Below are positions 17,175-24,456 of a DNA stretch of 64,000 bases, one piece after another. The notes below the pieces were generated by a model. The model ran no database searches, was not told where the DNA came from, and saw only the letters and a program-made list of their open reading frames with translations. Source of the stretch: Rickettsia typhi (lineage in GTDB: Bacteria > Pseudomonadota > Alphaproteobacteria > Rickettsiales > Deianiraeaceae); NCBI GenBank assembly GCA_945876965.1, contig CAMCQG010000001.1:11138-75137 (forward strand). The letters are read 5' to 3'. How positions within the stretch are numbered: position 1 is the stretch's first letter; every line of letters starts with the position of its first letter. The position numbers and the translations under genes are program-made.

Positions 17175-18434
17175 TTATGTTAAACGAGATTGTATTTCTG
17201 ACCTAAAATGCTTAATTAAACCCTGCACTGGCCAAGCCGCAGCATCGCCCAATGCACAAATTGTATGACCTTCGATTTGCTTTGTTAGGTCAAATAATTG
17301 GTCAATTTCTTCTTTTTTAGCATTGCCTTTTTGCATTCTGTTTAGCATTTTATAAAGCCAGCCTGTTCCTTCGCGGCAAGGAGTGCATTGTCCGCAAGAT
17401 TCGTGCATATAAAATCTTGATAAATTAGCAATTGCCTTGATTAAATCGGTGCTTTTATTCATAACAATAAGACACGCCGTGCCAACACTTGTGCCGTGAG
17501 TTCTAAGGTTATCAAAATCCATAGTTGCAACTTCGCAAATATCTTTTGTAATCATAGGACACGATGAGCCACCCGGAATTACAGCAAGCAAACTATCCCA
17601 ACCACCGATAACTCCGCCCGCATATTCGTTGATTAAAGTTTTAATAGGAATTCCCATTTCTTCTTCAACAACACAGGGCTTATAAACATGTCCAGAAATT
17701 CCAAATAATCTAACTCCGGCACTATTTTGCACTCCCAAACCCGCAAACCAAGCTGCTCCACGACGAAGTATTGTGGGCACAACTGCAATAGATTCAACAT
17801 TATTTACAACCGTAGGACACCCATATAACCCTGCAATAGCAGGAAACGGCGGTTTCATTCGTGGCATACCTTTTTTGCCCTCTAAACTTTCAATCAAAGC
17901 GGATTCTTCGCCACAAATATAAGCCCCTGCCCCACGATGAACATAAACATCAATATCCCAGCCGCTATTACAAGCATTTTTACCAAGCAAACCAGCTTTA
18001 TTTGCTTCTTCGATGGCGTTTTCTAAAATTTGTGCCTCTTTTACATATTCACCACGAATATATATATAGCAAACATGGGCGTATACAGCCTTTGATGCAA
18101 TTGCAATTCCTTCTAATAATTTATGTGGCTCGTGCAATAAAATTTGTCTATCCTTACAGGTTCCTGGCTCTGATTCATCGGCATTTATAATAAGATAATG
18201 AGGTTTTGGGTTTTTTTCTAAATTTGGCACAAAAGACCATTTTAAACCAGTTAAAAAACCTGCCCCACCACGCCCTTTTAACCCAGAATCTTTAATTTGC
18301 TGGGCAATCCAAGTTGGATCTTTTGATAAAAATTCTGCCGTATTATTCCAGTCTCCAAGCTGCAAACTATTGTTCAGCAATGGCTCTTTTTTATTTATTA
18401 TGTTGTTAAATATTCTATTTTCTGCTAATATCAT
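17175..18434 (-). CDS. nuoF: NADH-quinone oxidoreductase subunit F
   Basis: GRGGAGF (FMN site), the [12 protein letters not shown] [10 protein letters not shown], and the 4Fe-4S motif [12 protein letters not shown]. Confidence 0.95.
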   Translation of the reverse strand: MILAENRIFNNIINKKEPLLNNSLQLGDWNNTAEFLSKDPTWIAQQIKDSGLKGRGGAGFLTGLKWSFVPNLEKNPKPHYLIINADESEPGTCKDRQILLHEPHKLLEGIAIASKAVYAHVCYIYIRGEYVKEAQILENAIEEANKAGLLGKNACNSGWDIDVYVHRGAGAYICGEESALIESLEGKKGMPRMKPPFPAIAGLYGCPTVVNNVESIAVVPTILRRGAAWFAGLGVQNSAGVRLFGISGHVYKPCVVEEEMGIPIKTLINEYAGGVIGGWDSLLAVIPGGSSCPMITKDICEVATMDFDNLRTHGTSVGTACLIVMNKSTDLIKAIANLSRFYMHESCGQCTPCREGTGWLYKMLNRMQKGNAKKEEIDQLFDLTKQIEGHTICALGDAAAWPVQGLIKHFRSEIQSRLT

Positions 18435-18513
18435 TTAGTTTTATAAATTTAATATAAAATCAGCATCTATTAATTATTATTATTTTCAATAAAAATTTTA
18501 GCTTATAATAAGA

Positions 18514-19569
18514 TTATATAATATTGTTATCAATCAGCTTACTATTTAAATCATTAATCAGTTCAACCTCGGTTTTTCCTAATCTTATAGAATTTGATAT
18601 ATCGTAAATACCAGTGTGTTGAGATGAATTTTCGCCATTTGCACCCCTGATTTGCAAACCAATTTCTTTAAATTTATTTTTATAATCAGTCAAATTAGAA
18701 TTATTAATTTTTGGATAATCAACCATAATACTTGCACGCATACCTGTGCCAATATTTGTAGGGCAACTAGCTAAATATCCTAAATTTTTATCAATAGCAA
18801 ATGACAATTTTTTTTGAAGATATTTACTTGCTAAATCAATTTTTTTTAATGCATTATAAAAATCATAACCTTCATAAATAGATGTTATCCTTAAATGATC
18901 TTCTTCGTTAACCCAAATCGCAAGATGTTTATCGTTAGAAATAAAAATACCTCTTCCAACAGGATAATCATCTGCTATTCCAGCTGATGTTAAGTATTTA
19001 TCGGTAGTTAAATCCTGAAACAAAAGATGTTCTTTGGTAAGCATATCTTTTTCCTCATCAGAAAGTTTTGATAAAGAGTAGTATTTTCCCTTTAAATCAC
19101 CCTCAAAAGAATCAAATATAGAAACTATAATATTTTCAGAATCTATTCTATCTTTTTTTGTCATTTTTGCAGGAAAATTAAAGCTAGATAAATTTCTTAT
19201 CACTCTAATTCTTGTTGATATAACGGTATTTTTAACCTTGTCAGATAAAACATTTAACTTATCAGGGTTTGTATTAAAATATTGAAATGTTTTTAGGGGA
19301 TCTTTATGATGATATAATTCAACAACATTGTTAAAAAGTTCCGAAAAAACAAAATAAGAATCTTTGTTTGCCGCATAACATCCTATTTTGCTATCAGGAT
19401 TTTCGGTTCCCGATTTTAAGATATATTTTAAATCTGTGCCATCCTTGGTTTTTATATCCCATATTTTTTTATCCAATCTATCTGCAATTTCGATGCAAAG
19501 TGGCTGACTAGCATAAGAATTATGTACTAAAAATAACAAAAAAAATGAATAAAAAAATGCCATTAACAA
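18514..19569 (-). CDS. phosphagen (arginine/creatine-type ATP:guanidino) kinase with an N-terminal signal peptide
   Basis: CPTNIGTGMRAS active-site signature, VNEEDHLRITS, LQIRGANGE and YDISNSIRLGKTE. The N-domain block LKSGTENPDSKIGCYAANKDSYFVFSELF matches arthropod-type arginine kinases. The first ~21 aa MLMAFFYSFFLLFLVHNSYA look like a Sec signal. Confidence 0.85.
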   Translation of the reverse strand: MLMAFFYSFFLLFLVHNSYASQPLCIEIADRLDKKIWDIKTKDGTDLKYILKSGTENPDSKIGCYAANKDSYFVFSELFNNVVELYHHKDPLKTFQYFNTNPDKLNVLSDKVKNTVISTRIRVIRNLSSFNFPAKMTKKDRIDSENIIVSIFDSFEGDLKGKYYSLSKLSDEEKDMLTKEHLLFQDLTTDKYLTSAGIADDYPVGRGIFISNDKHLAIWVNEEDHLRITSIYEGYDFYNALKKIDLASKYLQKKLSFAIDKNLGYLASCPTNIGTGMRASIMVDYPKINNSNLTDYKNKFKEIGLQIRGANGENSSQHTGIYDISNSIRLGKTEVELINDLNSKLIDNNII

Positions 19570-19643
19570 AAAATATTAAAAAGTTTATAAAACTTAAAAC
19601 TACATAGCAATTTTTAATTACAATAGTTAATTTTTATTTATTT

Positions 19644-20429
19644 TTATAAATTAACAACTATAATATTCTGCAAATAATTTGCCAACTGATGGCGATGGCA
19701 ACATTTTGCGTCAGCTTCAAAACAAGTGATTGCGACAAATTGGTTTTTGTTTAAAATATCAAGCAAGTTATCAATATATTTTTGTTTTGTAGGCAAATTT
19801 TGTTTATAATCAGTAAAAATATCATCTTTGGCATTTTTGTTTGAAATAATTCCAAAGAGTGGTAAATCTAGTATTGTTTTTGCTTTTTTTATTTCTTCCC
19901 GTTTTTCATTTTCAATCCCAAGTTCCGGAATATGAATGTAATTTATTCCTGATTTTTCAAGACAATATTTAAACTCATTTTTGCTAAAACCAAATTTATT
20001 TGAATAAGCATTTCGCCTTATATCAACAAGTGCTTTTATTTGTTTAACAAGCAATTTGTTTATGTAGGTATCAATTGAAATACCTTCGTATCCAATGGTA
20101 AAAAGTATCTGATTTTCTTCTTTATTTATTATCAAATTTGTTTTTTTAAAAACATCATTAATCATATTTTTTAATTTTTCAACAGCTGTTTTTTCTTCAA
20201 AAGTCAAATCTACTATATATCGTTTTTTACTTAAATAATCTTTATTTATAAATATTTTTATATCATTTTCAAGTTCAAATGAAAAATCATCAACAAAATC
20301 GTAATTTATATAAAAAATTTGCTTAAAAAGCGCAATTTTTTCTTGAATTTGTTGCAATTCAATATCAAGTTCCTGTGCAATTGCTAATACTATTTTGTGC
20401 TTGTTTTGCATAATCAATAGAGTTTTCAA
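19644..20429 (-). CDS. DUF488-domain protein with an N-terminal extension
   Basis: FTIGYEGISIDTYINKLLVKQIKALVDIRRNAYSNKFGFSK... and the C-terminal CFEADAKCCHRHQLANYL match the DUF488 (YeaO-like) pattern. Confidence 0.7.
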   Translation of the reverse strand: MKTLLIMQNKHKIVLAIAQELDIELQQIQEKIALFKQIFYINYDFVDDFSFELENDIKIFINKDYLSKKRYIVDLTFEEKTAVEKLKNMINDVFKKTNLIINKEENQILFTIGYEGISIDTYINKLLVKQIKALVDIRRNAYSNKFGFSKNEFKYCLEKSGINYIHIPELGIENEKREEIKKAKTILDLPLFGIISNKNAKDDIFTDYKQNLPTKQKYIDNLLDILNKNQFVAITCFEADAKCCHRHQLANYLQNIIVVNL

Positions 20430-20739
20430 TTAAAGTAAAATTATTTTTTTAATTTACAACTAAAAAGGTATATAATTTAGATTTTGGTAAACAAAATTAT
20501 AAAAAAAATATGTTTTTGCTATTAAATAAAAATATTTGTTATTATTAATAAATATAATACTGTGTATTAAATTTATTAGCTATATTATGTAAATCTTAAA
20601 TAATAATATTAAATCTCTCGCAGATGATTTTTTTGATCTTTTAGAGTCTAAATTCCTCAATATCTTTGAACAAGAATCGAATACAGGTGATGAACAGTCT
20701 ATTTCAAACTTTTTTTTATATGGTTATTATGCGGTTACT

Positions 20740-21084
20740 TTGAAAGATAATGAGTATCAGTATTATATGGAAAATCAAATCGACGATGATTTGTTATCAA
20801 AAAAAGATAAAGAGAAATTTTTAGCTTTTAATTCTATTTTAAAAACAGAAAGACTTGATTTCTTAGATGATAATGAGTTATATTGCGAACTTATTAAAGG
20901 TCAGATATGTATTCCGCCAAAAAATGATAAAGAAGAAAAAGATGCAGTCAGGCAAATACAGAATATCTTGGTTCCCAAATATATTTCTATGATAAAAAAA
21001 TTAGATATTGGCCTAAAATATTTAAAACATCACAAAATAGAAAAAAGTATTAATGCGGTAACGCAATATATAGGACCATCTTAG
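20740..21084 (+). CDS. hypothetical protein (first ORF of the insert)
   Basis: The track ORF uses a TTG start. The frame is actually open from 20593 without an ATG, so the true start is unclear. No motif recognised. Confidence 0.35.
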   Translation: MKDNEYQYYMENQIDDDLLSKKDKEKFLAFNSILKTERLDFLDDNELYCELIKGQICIPPKNDKEEKDAVRQIQNILVPKYISMIKKLDIGLKYLKHHKIEKSINAVTQYIGPS

Positions 21085-21372
21085 ATATGTAAATATTACG
21101 ATATATAAAAATTTCTTGCACATTAAAAATTATACCATAAATAACAATATATAGAAATCTTTAATTTAAGAATGTATGAATACAACAGGCCCCAATAATA
21201 AAAGATCTGCCCCCGCTTATAATGGCCCTAATGATACGACTGCAAAAAAAATTAAGACTGGACTAACAAAAACAAAAAAATAAACAATCTTTTTGACAAA
21301 AAATGGAACCCTGGCGATTTCACAAACTCACCTAAATTAGCTAATGGTTATCCTACAACAAGATCAGCACAT

Positions 21373-21837
21373 TTGCTTGCTACAAGCCCAGATTCAATGG
21401 TGGTATACAAAGAAAATGGAGATAAAATATATTCACCATTTATTTTGCTATTAAACAGAACAGTAGAAGATATAATGCTTGATAATAAATTGCTTTGGAA
21501 AGTAGAGAATAAAGATATAGCAAATGATATTAAGGCATCGGTAACAAAAGAAATATATAAAAAAATTGAACTAGAAAACAATACACCCAATGATAGACTT
21601 TTTTTATCAGCATCTGTAATAAATAAAACTCCTAATAATTTTAAGGGAGCCTTTACTATGATAGCAAATATTGGTCAAAGTGGATACATTGTTGGTGAAG
21701 GAGTTACTACGGAAGATGGTATGACAAATAACAAAAATACAATACAATTAAGTGTTCCAAAGCTTACGCAAGAAGAAGCTCAAGCAGAATTTATAGCTTT
21801 TACCAAAGCCAGAATAGATGCCTTAGAAAAATTATAA
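21373..21837 (+). CDS. hypothetical protein, paralogue of the 61189-61761 product; the 5' part is possibly frameshifted
   Basis: By-eye alignment to the 61189-61761 protein gives NGDKIYSPF/EGNKIFAPF, PNDRLFLSASVINK/PDRTFLSSALISK and TEDGMTNN/PTDGMTSN. The frame is open upstream to 21256. A short ATG ORF (21176-21283) lies in the other frame. Confidence 0.5.
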   Translation: MLATSPDSMVVYKENGDKIYSPFILLLNRTVEDIMLDNKLLWKVENKDIANDIKASVTKEIYKKIELENNTPNDRLFLSASVINKTPNNFKGAFTMIANIGQSGYIVGEGVTTEDGMTNNKNTIQLSVPKLTQEEAQAEFIAFTKARIDALEKL

Positions 21838-21858
21838 CATACGCAAAAAAAATATTTT

Positions 21859-22098
21859 ATGACATCTTTTGAAGAAAAAAACAATTATAATAGTAGATTG
21901 CCACTAAGGATTAGTAGCCTAAGAAACAAATTGCCGACTTTTGAAGAAGGTATCAATAATTCTGTTGCTATTTTGTATAATGGTCAAGATGGCGACATAC
22001 AAAAAGAAACAAAAAAGATACAAATATTAAATAGTGATATTGATAATATTGTTAGCGGATTGGGAGAAGAACACAAAAAAAATATAATGAACATATAG
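21859..22098 (+). CDS. small hypothetical protein
   Basis: 79-aa ORF, 21 nt after the previous ORF and on the same strand. Confidence 0.35.
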   Translation: MTSFEEKNNYNSRLPLRISSLRNKLPTFEEGINNSVAILYNGQDGDIQKETKKIQILNSDIDNIVSGLGEEHKKNIMNI

Positions 22099-22142
22099 CG
22101 CAATATAATCAAATTTTTTTAACTAAATACAAAAACAGAGAT

Positions 22143-22931
22143 ATGTTGCCAATGTCTACATCTTATAGCGAGAATCAGGATAAAAAAATATCAAATTACT
22201 TTGAATCTATGGCATTTAGTGAAGAAGGAGTACCAAACTCGGCTTCTGATACCGCCTTTGCAAGATATGGAAAAACATATGATGATGATAAATTTTATTG
22301 TTTTGTTCGCACCATAGGTGTCGCACAAGATACCGATAGAAAATTAAAAGATACTTCTGATGCTAGTGCCAATAATCGTAATGAATTAGATTTACACCCA
22401 AGCATTGATGTCATTGATGCTGTTGGAGAAAAAGGTTTTATAAAAGAAATATTAGTTAGTAGCTCGATAAAACATGATAAAAATGCGACTGACGAAGAGA
22501 TGGCAATAACAGAATATAATGCATTACGCGGCAGTTCGCCACGAAATAATGTAGGTAATACAAAGAAGGAGAATCTATTAGCAACAATGATGCATTTTGG
22601 CGAACAAGCTTTTCCCGATGGAGTTAGGGTTTATAATCAAGAATTAAATAAAATGATTAAAATAGGAGAGTATGATAAAATTAAGAAGGATATAGAACAT
22701 ATTGTTTTCAATGGCAGAGTTGATGGTGCTATACAAAGAGTTAATAATATGATTGATAAGTTAGAAACTCAAAAAGCAGATGCATCAAAAATAATCGCTT
22801 TTTTATCAAAAACAGAAGAAGAGAAAAAAGACATAATTATGGATGCTGTTGAAAAGGTGAAAAAAGAAAAAGATATCACAAAATCTCACTTTCCAACAAG
22901 ACCAAAGGAAGCATGGGGTCCCAAATTATGA
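22143..22931 (+). CDS. hypothetical protein, paralogue of part of the 59691-61223 product
   Basis: LATMMHFGEQAFPDGVRVYN aligns with LPMLCFLGQDAFKDGVFVYD of the 510-aa protein. No known domain recognised. Confidence 0.5.
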   Translation: MLPMSTSYSENQDKKISNYFESMAFSEEGVPNSASDTAFARYGKTYDDDKFYCFVRTIGVAQDTDRKLKDTSDASANNRNELDLHPSIDVIDAVGEKGFIKEILVSSSIKHDKNATDEEMAITEYNALRGSSPRNNVGNTKKENLLATMMHFGEQAFPDGVRVYNQELNKMIKIGEYDKIKKDIEHIVFNGRVDGAIQRVNNMIDKLETQKADASKIIAFLSKTEEEKKDIIMDAVEKVKKEKDITKSHFPTRPKEAWGPKL

Positions 22932-22943
22932 TAGCTATAAAAG

Positions 22944-23133
22944 ATGAACATATTTTATTCCTAATTTTTCAAGACAATATTTAAACTCATTTTTGCTAAA
23001 AATAAATTTATTTTAATAAGCATTTTGTCTTATATCAAAAAGTGTTTTAGGAAATTTTTTCTTGAATTTGTCGCAATTCAATATCAAGTTCCTGTGCAAT
23101 TGCTAATACTATTTTGTGCTTGTTTTGTATAAT
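22944..23133 (-). pseudogene. internally deleted remnant of the DUF488 gene 5' half
   Basis: 22944-23049 matches 19931-20037 and 23053-23133 matches 20334-20414, in the same orientation. About 295 bp of the gene is missing between the two blocks. The start codon is mutated (cat to tat on the + strand). Confidence 0.8.
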
Positions 23134-23185
23134 AAAAAGATTTTTATATAATATTAGCATATAAAATATTATATAAAAAATATAA

Positions 23186-24406
23186 TTAATAAAATAATTC
23201 TTCAAAAAAAGATGATATTTTATATAATTTATTCAAGAAAAAATTATTGTGCTCACTTAAATGTTTTTGTTTATATTTTTTTAATAAATAGCCGCCAATG
23301 CCAATAACCGTTGTATAATTTGTTGATTTTAATATATTTATTTGCCAATTTTGATTATTATGAATAATCCAATCCTGATTTTTTGCTATGCCAATTTGAC
23401 AATGTTTTTTAAGAATAAGCTGTGCAATTTCTTCAATATTTGACATTTTTGATACACCGCCAGTCAAAATTATATTTTGTGCGTTTGCTAAATGTGATAT
23501 TTCTATAAAAATCTCTTTAATATTTTTATGTATAACCTGATAAACATCGCTAAGTCTAATAATTTGCTGACTAGAAAGGCTTGAAAAATTATCTTTTGAT
23601 AAAACACAATCATCATTTGTGCCAATATTACTAGCCAATATTTTGATATTTTCGGCATCTTTACGAGATAATCCAAATATTTTTATTATATCGTTTGTTA
23701 TTTTTAGTCCTCCAATCGCCAAATGATTAACATTTTTCAAATATCCATTTTCAATAATGGCAACCGATGTATCACAGTTTCCAATTGATATTACGGCAGT
23801 AGAGCCAATTCTGTGCTCAGGTTTTATTGTTGCCAAACACGCTGCCTGAGATGATGAAACAAATGATATTATTTCTAATTTATTTTTAGCCACATATCTA
23901 TTTAAATTGTTAATAATACTACTATTTGCATAAACTAATAAATAATCAGCAACAATAGATGATGCTTGCAAATTTATTGGATCTGTAACATTTATTTTAT
24001 CGTCTAGTGCATAATAGTTATTAAATAAATCGACAATAATATCATTATTTAACATATTTTTTCTGTCAGAACAAGATTTTTCAATTTTTGTGATATGACT
24101 TTGATTTATTGCAATTGGATATTCAAATTTAAAACCACGCTGAATATTCTTAAATTTTAAATAATTATTGCCAACAGACATTGCAATATTATCTACATGC
24201 AACCCTTGTTTTTCTTCTATATTATATATTATTTCAAGCAATGCACCCTCTTCTATATTGCCATCTTGACTTATTAATGCCGAAACACCCTTATGTTCCA
24301 TTGCCAAAAGTTCTATTTTTTGATTTGCATAGAACATTCTTACAACTAATATTGTTATGTTATAAGAACCAATATCGATTAATCCAACAATATCTCCGTC
24401 GTGCAT
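23186..24406 (-). CDS. ftsA: cell division protein FtsA-like (actin-fold ATPase)
   Basis: VGLIDIGSYNITILV and TAVISIGNCDTSVAIIENG phosphate-binding motifs, ILTGGVSKM, and a length of 406 aa. It is not flanked by ftsQ/ftsZ here. Confidence 0.65.
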   Translation of the reverse strand: MHDGDIVGLIDIGSYNITILVVRMFYANQKIELLAMEHKGVSALISQDGNIEEGALLEIIYNIEEKQGLHVDNIAMSVGNNYLKFKNIQRGFKFEYPIAINQSHITKIEKSCSDRKNMLNNDIIVDLFNNYYALDDKINVTDPINLQASSIVADYLLVYANSSIINNLNRYVAKNKLEIISFVSSSQAACLATIKPEHRIGSTAVISIGNCDTSVAIIENGYLKNVNHLAIGGLKITNDIIKIFGLSRKDAENIKILASNIGTNDDCVLSKDNFSSLSSQQIIRLSDVYQVIHKNIKEIFIEISHLANAQNIILTGGVSKMSNIEEIAQLILKKHCQIGIAKNQDWIIHNNQNWQINILKSTNYTTVIGIGGYLLKKYKQKHLSEHNNFFLNKLYKISSFFEELFY

Positions 24407-24456
24407 TTATTTATAATAATAATATATTATATATTTTTATTATTTTAAATTAATAG

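Noticed and set aside
20430-22943. The insert between the DUF488 copies as a prophage or integrative-element remnant.
   Set aside because: No integrase, transposase, or phage structural or replication motifs were recognisable. The ORFs instead match the orphan family at 59.7-61.8 kb.
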